29,770 nucleotides of DNA from Fastidiosibacter lacustris. GTDB lineage: Bacteria > Pseudomonadota > Gammaproteobacteria > Francisellales > Francisellaceae. The notes beneath the pieces were generated by a model, which saw only the letters and a list, made by a program, of their open reading frames with translations, ran no database searches and was not told where the DNA came from. Where the stretch lies: assembly GCF_003428155.1 (NCBI RefSeq), contig NZ_QLIR01000021.1, positions 1 to 29,770 on the forward strand, given 5' to 3'. The position numbers and the translations under genes were made by a program. Shown in pieces: positions 19,195-29,769 of this stretch (its first letter is position 1; every line of letters starts with the position of its first letter).

Positions 19195-20095
19195 GTCTTA
19201 CAATTTGTAGTGGCGTTGACCTAGCTAATCTCTCTACTTAAATTAGTGATAATTTCTCATGCATCTCATTTTGCTTAGATTTGCAAAATGGGGATCTTTA
19301 TTTATTATTGAGCTATTATTTTGGGCATCTATTTTATTCATTGTAGAGTTTATTCTCAGGCCTTTCGTATACGTTCTAATGTAGTTAACGTTAATTCGAT
19401 ATAAATGCTTATAATACAAACAGCACATTTGGCTTTTTAGGCTGGAAGTAATACACAATTAACCTACATAATAGATTTGTCATAAAACTCCATATTGAAC
19501 GATGCCTTTGTATGTTCAATTTGGTTAATCTTTTTTAAGTCCTTTTTTCATGTTTTTTTAAACTCATATAATCAGTTGTAACACTAACCCACCCACGTTC
19601 AAAATCTTTATCACCAAACTAATTTATCAATTAAGCCTTGCGTTAAATCCAAAAAACCATCCTATTGTCGATTTTGACCGACTTGCTATCATAATCAAAT
19701 TTAATATCTTTCAAACAAAGATTTGGATGCATCTAGAATTTGACTCAACTTTGATGTCTCAAGAAAAAAATAATGCATCAATCAGTATTTTGTAAATTCT
19801 TCTTTGTGTACAGAGATAAGCTTTACAATAATCAAAAAGTTGAATATTATTTTTGCATTCAAACTTAAGCCTTTAAATTAGATGTTAAATTTTAATGGCT
19901 ATTGGTGCTAAAAAGAAATTATCATACAGACCTTAGGATTTTACCTATTATATTCATTGAGTGAGCTATAAGCATATAGGAGAACTTAGAAGCATAGCAG
20001 CTGAAGTAAAGTTTGTATAATTTTTATATCCATTTAATGAGCTTATAAGAGAGTCTAACTTTGTACATAAAAACCAAAATTAACGGAAATAGATT

Positions 20096-20541
20096 ATGAT
20101 AATATGGTTACGAAACGTTGTAAAAATAATATTTTTTATCTCTTTTTATCTTTCTACTTACGGTCATTCGGCTGAAAAGCAAGATATAGCAAACCTTCTA
20201 AAACACCAAAAATCAATTAGTAGCATTAATATTGATCACTTTGATGATATTGAGCAACTTCACGTCCCCTTGAATGATTATGAAAGCTATTGTTCAAACA
20301 AAAAAATAGTCTTATTTGTAAACAATTAAGCAAAATTGTCCCGTTTTATTCAATATCTATTAATGAATTAAATAATTTGAATTTTGAAAGTTCAGATCCA
20401 AGAGGTTTATATAATTTTATATGTGGGGAAAAGAGTTCTGAAGATAAAATAAGTAAAATTTGTCAAGAGATAGATAAAAGAAGCCGCGCTTTTGAGACCG
20501 CAGAAAATTTTGACAAACTATATTTGCACAATAAAATTTAA
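20096..20541 (+). pseudogene. Small putative secreted protein gene split across two frames
   Basis: ORF 20096-20329 begins with a signal-peptide-like sequence (MIIWLRNVVKIIFFISFYLSTYGHSA). A second frame, 20290-20541, continues just after a 7-A run near 20300. A frame change would join them into ~145 aa. Confidence 0.4.
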
Positions 20542-20666
20542 ACTACTACAGCATTAGATGAGCTCTTGATAAAAGAGCTTAACCTTCGTTGGACAGTTAT
20601 GATGGATAAGAGTGCTTTTTATATAGTCGAGTAGCAAAACCATATTACTATGATTCCGCTATTTGA

Positions 20667-21701
20667 CTAATGGGAGAATAAATTAGCATCGATGTTATTA
20701 GCAGCAGCAATGACCTTTAGGCGCCTTAATGCATCAACCTGAATTTGGCGGACACGTTCACGTGTCAAGCCAATATGTACACCAGTTTCTTCTAAAGTTT
20801 GGATGTCATATCCGCGAAGGCCAAAGCGCATGGAGAGTACCGCTCGTTGATTATCACTAAGCTCATCTAACCATTGATCAATAAACTCAGCAGCCTTACG
20901 GTGAAGATGTATGACCTCAGGATCACTTGTTTGCTCATCAGCAATGGTTTCGAGCATGCTACGATTGGAGTCATCATAAGCCTCGTCTAGAGAATCGATT
21001 GGTATTGTAGAAGAGAGAATTTTTCGGATATCCTCAACGGGGCGATCAATAAATTCAGCTATTTCTTCAGGTGAAGGTTCATGATCAAGTAGCTTAGTTA
21101 ATTCAGTTGCTGCACGCAAATAAACATTAAGCTCTTTTAAGATGTGTACGGGTATACGTATGGTGCGCTGATGATTTAAAAGCGCACGCTCAATGTTTTG
21201 ACGAATCCACCAAGTAGCATAAGTTGAAAAGCGCCAACCCAAATCAGGATCAAACTTTTCAACTGCACGAATGAGTCCTAAATTTCCTTCAGCAATTAAG
21301 TCTAAAAAGCTCAAGCTATTACCACGTGGCTTATAGCGTTTTGCAATTTTAACAACTAAGCGTAAATTACTCTCAATCATTATATTTTTAGCTTTTTGAT
21401 CGCCTTTTTGTACCAATTTAGCATAGTAAAACTCTTCATCCTTCGTTAACAATGGTCTAAAACCAATGTCAATGAGATACATCTTGGTTGCATCATTCTC
21501 ACTATAAGGAAAGTTCTGAGTCTCAAGCTCGCTAATTTCACTACTGCCAAAGTTTGTGTGGGTATCATCTTCTTGATTATCAGTTATAGCATCGTTATCT
21601 CTGATATTTTCAAAGTCGATATCGCTGTTGTCATCAAATTCCTCAACAAATACATTTTTTGGCTTATTCTTAATTGATTGTTTTGGGAGTGGCTGTAACA
21701 C
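20667..21701 (-). CDS. rpoS: RNA polymerase sigma factor RpoS (sigma-70 family)
   Basis: [130 protein letters not shown]. Confidence 0.9.
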   Translation of the reverse strand: MLQPLPKQSIKNKPKNVFVEEFDDNSDIDFENIRDNDAITDNQEDDTHTNFGSSEISELETQNFPYSENDATKMYLIDIGFRPLLTKDEEFYYAKLVQKGDQKAKNIMIESNLRLVVKIAKRYKPRGNSLSFLDLIAEGNLGLIRAVEKFDPDLGWRFSTYATWWIRQNIERALLNHQRTIRIPVHILKELNVYLRAATELTKLLDHEPSPEEIAEFIDRPVEDIRKILSSTIPIDSLDEAYDDSNRSMLETIADEQTSDPEVIHLHRKAAEFIDQWLDELSDNQRAVLSMRFGLRGYDIQTLEETGVHIGLTRERVRQIQVDALRRLKVIAAANNIDANLFSH

Positions 21702-22157
21702 GTTGAATCTCCTTATTATGTTGTCTAAAACTCAAGCTTTAAGAGTTATAACGTGACTTTGTTATGGTTTAAAGCAAAATTTAATTTAAATTGCAACATG
21801 CACGTTTTGGCTTCCTGCTTAGTATCGCAATAACAATTAGCAGATGATAGAGCAAAATGATATTTATACTGTCATCAATCACGGAATTGTTATCAGATAT
21901 TTTTATATCTTATTGATATATCATCGTAACCTATATGGTAATAAGATGACAAGTGTAATAGCAAATTTCTGCACAATTACCACAAACAGAAATTCTATGC
22001 TTTAGAATATAGGGTACAAGCTGTCAACCTAAACCTTTCCGAATTTTGTAGAAATTTGCTTTTGATTAGCTGACGAACCATAGATTTTGCCTATATTGTA
22101 GGGCTAGAAATAAAAAAATTAGAAACAGCTCATATTAAATTTTTTGATGTACACCAG

Positions 22158-23279
22158 TCACACGTTCAAGCTGATAACACAGTTTGCACCTTGTGCTTTA
22201 GCTTGGTAAAGTGCTTGATCCGCTTTATTCAGCGTTTCATCAAAATGGTGATGATCTTTACTATTAAAAAAGCTGTTGGCTATACCTATGCTAATCGTCA
22301 CCTGTATATTACCTATTTTGGGAATTTCTTGCAGCACCATCTTGTTTAATCGCGTTGCTATTTGTTCTCCTTGGATTTGATCAATGTTTGACAGCAAAAT
22401 AACGTATTCATCGCCACCAAAGCGTGATACAACATCATGTTTTCGTGTATGACGAAGCAAAACTTTAGCTACATCTTGTATAACTTTATCACCTACCGTA
22501 TGCCCATACTGATCATTAATGTTTTTAAACTTATCAATATCAATAAACATTACGCTATAAGGCATGCCTTGATGTGTAGCATATTTAAAATCTTCTAGAC
22601 TATCTTGAAAAGCAGATCGATTTAATAAACTCGTCAAATTGTCAGTTTTTGCCATGAGCTCTAGTTGTTTTTCGCTATATTCTAGGTCAGATAAAATCAC
22701 AGAAATTGTGGTTGCAATAACAACTGTAATAGTAATTAGAATAAATAAGTTTGTTGTAAGTTGATTTTGAAGTGTCAACTCAATCAGATAGTTGCTATTG
22801 GGATATATTAAACAAAAAAGCATTAATTCCACAGAAAGTAACGATAATCCCCACTTCGTTTTATGTTCATTGACTTCAAAAATCATATTAGAAAAAGGTG
22901 GCACAACCATGAAAAATAGATAGTTTAATAACTGTGGTTGATATAAAAAGTAGGTGAATATAAAGGTGTTAACGATGAACAATATGCCTAAAGTCAATTT
23001 GGCTAAATAATAGTGTCTTGCCTTAAGCATCGCCAGTGGAATAAGATAGGACAACACCGCACAATAACTATAAATACCACCGTATAATTCTTTTTCTGTT
23101 AAAAAATGTAATATACCAAATATAGTATTTCCAATGATGACCAATATGAGGCTAATCAAAGTAACGTGAATGCGGTGCCAATATGCTGACCTTGAGCTGT
23201 TGACGTTAAATTTTTGGTTTAACCAGTCTTTTATTCTCCTCATTGCTAATAATCCATTTGATGTCTTTACTGTTAACAT
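22158..23279 (-). CDS. Membrane-bound diguanylate cyclase (GGDEF)
   Basis: N-terminal multi-TM region, then KTDNLTSLLNRSAFQDSLE ... MFIDIDKFKNINDQYGHTVGDKV ... VVSRFGGDEYVILLS. Confidence 0.9.
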   Translation of the reverse strand: MLTVKTSNGLLAMRRIKDWLNQKFNVNSSRSAYWHRIHVTLISLILVIIGNTIFGILHFLTEKELYGGIYSYCAVLSYLIPLAMLKARHYYLAKLTLGILFIVNTFIFTYFLYQPQLLNYLFFMVVPPFSNMIFEVNEHKTKWGLSLLSVELMLFCLIYPNSNYLIELTLQNQLTTNLFILITITVVIATTISVILSDLEYSEKQLELMAKTDNLTSLLNRSAFQDSLEDFKYATHQGMPYSVMFIDIDKFKNINDQYGHTVGDKVIQDVAKVLLRHTRKHDVVSRFGGDEYVILLSNIDQIQGEQIATRLNKMVLQEIPKIGNIQVTISIGIANSFFNSKDHHHFDETLNKADQALYQAKAQGANCVISLNV

Positions 23280-23527
23280 AACTCTTGTCCATCATATGTT
23301 TTTTCGTTTAATTCACATTATTTTACATTTTTATACATTACGTTTTACTATATGCGATAAGTGAGTGAAAACCTACTCTAAACTATAGTCTATTTTGTAT
23401 TAAAAAGTACTAAAATGGGCAATTTTCATTTTCTAAGTCATATGTATTTCAGAATATTTTCCTAGCATAAATGTTTATGACTTTCTACACTCATCAATAC
23501 ATACGCTTTAGATTAAAGGATCAAACG

Positions 23528-24156
23528 ATGAAGACGCATGAAATCACCCACCCGTTGGTTAGTTACAAACTTGATCTTTTGCGTAATGAAGAGCTTTCTA
23601 GCCAAAGCTTTAAAGCAATTACTAATGAACTTACTACTTTGCTTTGTTATGAGGCATTATCAGATTTACCATTGACCAAAAAAAAAACATTCCACATTGG
23701 CAAGGGACATTTAGTGCGAATACCTTGGCAAAACCATTGCCGACATTTTGCCCCATTTTGCGTGCAGGTTTAGGAATGTTAGAAGGGGCATTAAAACTTT
23801 TGCCTAATGCACCTGTTAGTATGATTGGCATGAAGCGGGATCAAAACACTACCAAAGCGCATTGTTATTACTTTAATCCTTGTCCTGACATTATTCAGCG
23901 TACCGCTATTATACTTGACCCCATGCTTGCAACCTCAAATTCAATCAATAGTGCGATTAATCTTTTGAAATCTCATGGCTGCAAAACGTTTATTGTCATT
24001 ACTTTATTATGCGCACCTGAGGGAATCGCTGCACTTCAAAAATACCATTCAGAAGTAATCCTTTATACTGCCTCCATTGATGAGCATCTTGATCAAAATG
24101 CCTACATTATCCCAGGATTGGGTGATGCTGGCGATAAAATTTTTGCAACGAAATAG
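23528..24156 (+). pseudogene. upp: Uracil phosphoribosyltransferase, frameshifted in a poly-A tract
   Basis: Frame 1 (from ATG 23528) gives MKTHEITHPLVSYKLDLLRNEELSSQSFKAITNELTTLLCYEALSDLPLTKKK. Another frame gives KNIPHWQGTFSANTLAKPLPTFCPILRAGLGM...DPMLATSNSINSAINLL...APEGIAALQKYHSEVILYTASIDEHLDQNAYIIPGLGDAGDKIFATK. The switch falls in the 10-A run 23678-23687. Confidence 0.88.
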
Positions 24157-24414
24157 TATTTGACTGCCAACTTAACAATTAGTATGAGTTATTGCTTTGC
24201 TGAAGTAATCAATCAATAAATACTATTATGCTGTGGTTTTTTGCTATTTTGCTAAATATGTATTTTCTTTTACTTATTTAACTACATACGCTTTGTCGTT
24301 TTTACAAATTTGGTTATGATCGCTGGTCATTTAGAAAAAAAGTAACTTTTGGCACTATACTCATATAGATGGAATGTTACATCACCATGAAATGACAAAT
24401 CAGGAAGCATTTTA

Positions 24415-26673
24415 ATGAAAATAAAGCTCAAGGAGCTCGTATTAGGTAAACGACTATTTTGGCAAGTGCTTATTAGTGCAAGCAGTCTACTGTTTTGTTT
24501 AACTTTAGTCGTCTTTCTACTGTCATTTTACCCTCTTTATCAACAAAAACAAACTGATGTGGTTAGTCGTTATCAACAAATTTTAAGTTTCTACACCAAT
24601 CAAATAGTGCTTGCATTATCTGAGGCAAGAAGCAGTTCTTTGCAAGTTAGCAATCACACAAAAGCGAATTACTTGTTAAACGAAATAGAAAAAAAATATG
24701 CTATTGGTCTACCATTTTCAGCTGAAGTCAGTGAGCTTCGCACTATTCTTGCTTCAGCATTGGTATCAAATGATAGTCTAGAAGCCATACAACGTTATGA
24801 GATAAATGGTAACCTTATCGTTGAAGTTGGCACTAAGCAAACTATACCTTTTGCAAAGAAACCACTTTCTTTTTTCACTCAAAATAACCAATTAATGGCT
24901 ATTTTTACCATAGCTATTCGCTTACAGGGCGATCAAGGTAAAGAAATTATCGGCTACGATCGACTATATTTCAACCTTGATCAAATTGTGCATAAACTTG
25001 AAAGCGCAAGTCTGGACAATAAAGTAGATGTCTACTGGTTTGTAAAGCTAAACAACGACTGGAAAGCCGTGAGCACAAGTTTTAGTAATCACTTAAATAC
25101 ACTACCTCATCAAGTACTAGAAACACTCAATGCTCAAGACTTTGCAACTTTTCGACTCAACACAAAGGTCTATTACTTTCAGAAAATAAACAATCAGCAA
25201 ATACTTGTATTAGGCGTGAAACAGAGCATGGTTTCCGCTAGTGTATGGATAAATCTTTCGCATATTCCATTAACTGTTTTAGGGTTTATGGTTGTTTTTA
25301 TCTTGCTATTGATTTTGTGTTTGCGTTCGATTTTATCTAAGCATCTTGCTGAAAATGCTCAATTACATGCGTTTGCTCATTATGATAATATCACAAATCT
25401 TCCTAATCGAAAGCAATTTGAAAAGGTATTTAGTACACAGCTCGACCTAGCATTTACTCAAAATAGTAAGCTGGCACTACTGTATATTGATATTGATCAT
25501 TTTAAGCATATTAACGATGGATTTGGTCATGATTTTGGTGATTGCTTATTGCATGAGTTGGCGATTAGACTTAAAAGTAATATTCGAAAAACCGATTTTA
25601 TTGCTCGGATTGGCAGCGATGAATTTGCCATTATTTTGAATGATATCCAAACTGAAGAGAATATTAGAACGACTGTAAATCACCTGTACAGCATTATTCA
25701 TCAAGTGATCGTTATTGATGCTTATCCCATTAATATTCGTGCCAGTATGGGAGTGGCAATTTATCCAGATCATGCTATTGACAGGCAAACCTTACTTAAA
25801 TATGCGGATATGACCATGTATGAAAGTAAAAAAGCAGGTGGTAACAGTTATTGCATCTTTAACAATAAAATAGGTGAGCATTACTTAAGGCGAATAGATA
25901 TTGCTAAATATTTGGAACGAGCCATTATTAATGATGAATTTTATCTAGTTTATCAACCCATTATTAACCTTAATAACAATAAAATCCCGCATTTTGAGGT
26001 GCTCCTTAGATGGCGAAATAAGTTTTTAGGCGAAGTTTCTCCAGCTGAATTTATTCCAGTTGCTGAAGAGTTAAAAATCATTATTGAAATTGGTAATTGG
26101 GTCATTCGCCAGACTTTCTATCAACTTCGCCAGTGGCATGATGATAAAGTTGTTATCTATAAACCTACAATATCAATCAACCTTTCCGCTGTTCAAATTA
26201 ATAATGCCTCTATTTTTTTGAGTTTATTACAACAAACGCTTGAGCAACTTAATTTACCGAAATCAAATGTGACTTTTGAAATAACTGAGACGGTCATTAT
26301 GGAAAATATGAAAACCACTTCTTTTGTGTTAAGCATGCTCAAAGGTATGGGCTTCCAAGTTTCAATTGATGACTTTGGAACAGGGTTTTGTTCGTTAGGA
26401 TATCTTAAAAACACTGATGTTGACTATATCAAAATTGATAAGTTCTTTATTGATGATGTGTTGACCAATCTCAATAGCAGAGTGATTGTCGAAAGTATTA
26501 TTAGACTGGGGCATAATCTTGGTAGTGCAATAATAGCAGAGGGGATAGAAACAAAAGAACAATATCAACTCCTTAAAGAGCTAAAATGTGATTTCATTCA
26601 AGGCTATTATTTTAGTAAACCATTATCTGCAAATGATGCAAGTGCTTTTATAAAGAATCAAATAAAAACATAA
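24415..26673 (+). CDS. Membrane-bound GGDEF-EAL c-di-GMP turnover protein with periplasmic sensory region
   Basis: Two TM segments bracket a ~250-aa extracytoplasmic region. GGDEF domain: NITNLPNRKQFE ... YIDIDHFKHINDGFGHDFGD ... FIARIGSDEFAIIL. EAL domain: FEVLLRWRNKFLGEVSPAEFIPVAEE ... FEITETVIM ... SIDDFGTGFCSLGYLKNTDVDYIKIDKFFIDDV. Confidence 0.92.
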   Translation: MKIKLKELVLGKRLFWQVLISASSLLFCLTLVVFLLSFYPLYQQKQTDVVSRYQQILSFYTNQIVLALSEARSSSLQVSNHTKANYLLNEIEKKYAIGLPFSAEVSELRTILASALVSNDSLEAIQRYEINGNLIVEVGTKQTIPFAKKPLSFFTQNNQLMAIFTIAIRLQGDQGKEIIGYDRLYFNLDQIVHKLESASLDNKVDVYWFVKLNNDWKAVSTSFSNHLNTLPHQVLETLNAQDFATFRLNTKVYYFQKINNQQILVLGVKQSMVSASVWINLSHIPLTVLGFMVVFILLLILCLRSILSKHLAENAQLHAFAHYDNITNLPNRKQFEKVFSTQLDLAFTQNSKLALLYIDIDHFKHINDGFGHDFGDCLLHELAIRLKSNIRKTDFIARIGSDEFAIILNDIQTEENIRTTVNHLYSIIHQVIVIDAYPINIRASMGVAIYPDHAIDRQTLLKYADMTMYESKKAGGNSYCIFNNKIGEHYLRRIDIAKYLERAIINDEFYLVYQPIINLNNNKIPHFEVLLRWRNKFLGEVSPAEFIPVAEELKIIIEIGNWVIRQTFYQLRQWHDDKVVIYKPTISINLSAVQINNASIFLSLLQQTLEQLNLPKSNVTFEITETVIMENMKTTSFVLSMLKGMGFQVSIDDFGTGFCSLGYLKNTDVDYIKIDKFFIDDVLTNLNSRVIVESIIRLGHNLGSAIIAEGIETKEQYQLLKELKCDFIQGYYFSKPLSANDASAFIKNQIKT

Positions 26674-26746
26674 ACAGCGTAAGTGACATTGCCAGCATCT
26701 TACACTCTGTTACAATACTTTAATTTAATGTTCAAGGATTAAATTT

Positions 26747-27949
26747 ATGCTGTTATTTTCTAGGGGATTTGGTTCAGTGATGATTATTACAGGTACCAGC
26801 GTTGGTGCGGGCATGTTAGCAATTCCTGCGACTGTTGCTGCATGTGGTTTTTGGTTAGCAAGCTTTTTACTTGTTACGGTTTGGTTTGTAATGATGTTGA
26901 CAGCACTTCTACTTGCAGAAGTAAATCTTGCCATGCCCGATGGTACAAATTTCAGCCGTATGGCTTATATTACTCTTGGAAAGTCAGGACAAATCATTAC
27001 CTGGGTTGCTTACCTATTGTTGCTATATTCACTTACTGCTGCTTATACTGTAGGTGGTGGTAACCTTGTTGCCAGTGGCTTAGATAAACTCGGTATTGGC
27101 TTGCCAGTTACGGTTAATAACGCTTTATTTGTTCTTGTTTTAGGTTTATTTGTTTATATGGGTACAACAACGGTTGATCATACTAATAAGATACTGATGT
27201 TTATTAAATTTTTAGCGTTCTTTGCTTTTGTGATTGCAATCTTGCCTGAGGTTCAACAAACGTTTATTGATACTAAAACACGTTCTATCAATTATATCTG
27301 GATCACTTTCCCTATTTTAATTACCTCGTTTGGTTTTCACCACATCATTCCAACCTTGCGTAGCTATGTAAAATCTGACCGTAGAACATTGCGCAAATCT
27401 ATTATTTTGGGGAGCTTCATCCCACTTGTCATTTACTTTATTTGGACGTTGACAACACTTGGCTCAATTCCTGTATATGGTGAATTAAGTTTCCAAAGCA
27501 TTATTCAAAATGGGAATGTATCATCTGGGATTGTCGAAAGCTATCATAGTAGTAGAGTGGGTAATTTTGCCTATTTATTTGAATCGGTTGCGATTACCAC
27601 GTCTTTTATAGGAGTTACCCTTGGTTTATTTGATTTTAATCGCGATACGTATCAACTAAAATCCAATACATATATTAATAGAGTTATTATTTTTATTATT
27701 ACGTTTTTGCCACCTTTCTTATTCGCGGTTTTCTATCCACAAGGCTTTGTCATTGCATTGGGTTATGCTAGTATTTTCGTTGCTGTTTTATTAATTGGTT
27801 TGCCTGCAGCCATGACTTGGATTATTCGTAAGCGTCATGGAAAAAACCACATATTGAGTAAACTCTATCTTTCTACTATATTGGCTGTTGCATTACTTAT
27901 GATCATCCTTGAACTTCTGACGCTTGCAAAACTTTTACCAACGCTGTAG
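26747..27949 (+). CDS. Aromatic amino acid (Trp/Tyr) permease family transporter
   Basis: GFGSVMIITGTSVGAGMLAIPATVAACGFWLASFLLVTVWFVMMLTALLLAEVNLAMPDGTNF is typical of the TyrP/Mtr (HAAAP) N-terminus. Also 'ITSFGFHHIIPTLRSYVKSDRRTLRKSIILGSFIPLVIY'. Confidence 0.9.
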   Translation: MLLFSRGFGSVMIITGTSVGAGMLAIPATVAACGFWLASFLLVTVWFVMMLTALLLAEVNLAMPDGTNFSRMAYITLGKSGQIITWVAYLLLLYSLTAAYTVGGGNLVASGLDKLGIGLPVTVNNALFVLVLGLFVYMGTTTVDHTNKILMFIKFLAFFAFVIAILPEVQQTFIDTKTRSINYIWITFPILITSFGFHHIIPTLRSYVKSDRRTLRKSIILGSFIPLVIYFIWTLTTLGSIPVYGELSFQSIIQNGNVSSGIVESYHSSRVGNFAYLFESVAITTSFIGVTLGLFDFNRDTYQLKSNTYINRVIIFIITFLPPFLFAVFYPQGFVIALGYASIFVAVLLIGLPAAMTWIIRKRHGKNHILSKLYLSTILAVALLMIILELLTLAKLLPTL

Positions 27950-27958
27950 ATTACTTCA

Positions 27959-28402
27959 TTAATGTAGTGTTCTGTTTTCAGAGCACATCGTATCATAAGT
28001 ATAATTACTGGCTCGACTTAATTCCTCGTCGATAAAATCTTGCCAATTTAACAAATCATCAACTTCACCTTCAATGGCGATAAACTGTTGATATTCATCA
28101 AGATAATAATCTAATGCCTGATCTAAGTCTGTGTTGTGGTCCTTAGCATACAGATAAAGTTGATAAACAAGTTCCATCTTTTTATAAAATTCATCTAGAG
28201 TCAGTGCTGTAAATACCTGGCGTTGTTGCCCCTTGTAAAACACATTAACAGCATATAAAACGATTCTTTTTTTATTGTCTATGCAGCATTGTGCTTGGAC
28301 GTTATACCCAAAATAAGAAAGTGCTAACTCAAAATATTGGCAACAGCTATCAAAATGAATGCGTTGTTGTTTGGTGAACAGTTGATCAAGTGACATAGTC
28401 AT
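27959..28402 (-). CDS. Hypothetical protein (147 aa)
   Basis: Complete ORF convergent with the permease, with an AGGAGG-like site upstream. No family recognised. Confidence 0.55.
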   Translation of the reverse strand: MTMSLDQLFTKQQRIHFDSCCQYFELALSYFGYNVQAQCCIDNKKRIVLYAVNVFYKGQQRQVFTALTLDEFYKKMELVYQLYLYAKDHNTDLDQALDYYLDEYQQFIAIEGEVDDLLNWQDFIDEELSRASNYTYDTMCSENRTLH

Positions 28403-28587
28403 AGCGCATCCTCCTGTTATGGTTGGCTGTTTGGCAAATGCCTTACTGTTAGCCCCATGCTACCCAGTGCAGCCAATGCTTTACCTATCTTTAGTATAGC
28501 ACTTGGTTAGCGTTGATAACTACTTTTTTATATTTTTTCTCCGTATACGAAGAAAAATTTGCAAACTATTATTTGCGACTAATTTAC

Positions 28588-28776
28588 GTGTCAGATATTG
28601 AGCGTTCAACTGCTTTCTATAAATTTTTATTTAAAACAAATTTCATCTTTACCAACCCGCGTTATTTCGCTTTTTCAGCTTCTGCTCTGCTTCAGGTTAT
28701 TCGTTCTTTGCTATTTGGTCTGATGGAGGAAAGCAGCAGTGTAAGCCAACAGATAAATGGCATTTGGATGAGATAA
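28588..28776 (+). pseudogene. N-terminal fragment of a VOC (glyoxalase/bleomycin-resistance-like) protein
   Basis: 'LIYVSDIERSTAFYKFLFKTNFIFTNPRYFAF...LFGLMEES' matches the start of VOC domains. The frame then stops without the second half of the domain, close to an IS remnant. Confidence 0.5.
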
Positions 28777-28885
28777 ATATCTAAAGTAAATGGTCAACGT
28801 TTTGTCCTTTGACGTGCTGTTGACTCTGAAAGAATAGAGTTAGACATCTTCTTGCAAAAACATCGGAATAAGAAAGTTGCTATTC

Positions 28886-29402
28886 AATAGAGTTCTTTCC
28901 AAACCTCAATTAGTCAATTCAAAGTTGTAAATTTCCGTTATTAAATTAAATCGAAGTCCAAACCTTTTTCGTCTATTCCGATATTTGTCGGCAATGCACC
29001 TGATGTTCACTGGCATCTACTGCCCTGGCAAGCTGAACTTTTTACTTTTAATCAGCGTATCTTCAACCCAACGAATCGTTTTATAAGCATAGCCCTCACT
29101 AATCCCATAACTTTTGCTAACGTGAAAGTAGGTACGATATTCCCTTAAATATTCTAATGTCATTAACAATGTCTCCTCTATGCTCAACTTATTTTTTCTA
29201 CCACCCCTTAGTTTTTTTTCTGCTCGCGCCGCTTGTAATATTTTCACCATCTCTTCAAACGTTGGCTTTTTTACACCAGTTAAACGACGAAACTCATCTG
29301 CTGCTAACTTGTTTATCGTTTCCCATCTCATTGATCATATCCACCTTTAATTTTTAAATAGCTATTTTGCTAGATTAAATACGGTTTGGAAGGAATTCTA
29401 TT
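28886..29402 (-). mobile_element. Internally deleted IS5-like element (~517 bp) bounded by ~20-bp imperfect inverted repeats
   Basis: Left end aatagagttctttccaaacc (28886-28905). Right end ggtttggaaggaattctatt (29383-29402). The two are complementary except for 2 positions. Both ends of one transposase are retained in between, with the centre missing. Confidence 0.75.
29017..29331 (-). pseudogene. N-terminal helix-turn-helix part of an IS5-family transposase
   Basis: MRWETINKLAADEFRRLTGVKKPTFEEMVKILQAARAEKKLRGGRKNKLSIEETLLMTLEYLREYRTYFHVSKSYGISEGYAYKTIRWVEDTLIKSKKFSLPG*. Beyond the stop, the same frame reads YRNRRKRFGLRFNLITEIYNFELTN*, the typical C-terminus. Confidence 0.8.
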
Positions 29403-29661
29403 ACTAATATCACGTAAGCTTATTCACACGATTGATGAAAAAAACAAATTTTTATTGTCGCCAGATATAACACTAATTTCAGAGAAAACTTTGTATGGCG
29501 ATAGTTATTATCTTAAAAGTAAATATTGCAAATGGAAGTGTTTGCCACTCATTTAATATACAATTCAAACAGATATCACTTAGCTTCAAGGGTTACAATG
29601 CAGAAAAAATTTTAACCAATCTTTACATGAAAAGTATTATCAACACGCCATGTTCAACTTT

Positions 29662-29769
29662 TTAAATCCCCAATTTTTCAAACTGTATCGCTAAATAACC
29701 TTCACTCTTGCATATGACAGCACTAACGGTATGCGCAAGTACCTTTCTGGCAATTCGCTTCGTTAAATG
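29662..29769 (-). pseudogene. Possible transposase C-terminal fragment, running off the window edge
   Basis: Reverse-strand open frame HLTKRIARKVLAHTVSAVICKSEGYLAIQFEKLGI*. 'HLTKRIARKILAHT' resembles C-termini of IS transposases. The CDS is partial. Confidence 0.35.

Noticed and set aside
20571-20589. Stem agctctt/aagagct as a terminator for rpoS or the split gene
   Set aside because: The 7-bp stem is not followed by a T-run on either strand, so evidence for a rho-independent terminator is weak.
26842-27063. 73-aa ORF in another frame of the aromatic amino acid permease gene
   Set aside because: Out-of-frame ORF within a clear transporter CDS; Cys/Trp-rich reading is a frame artefact.
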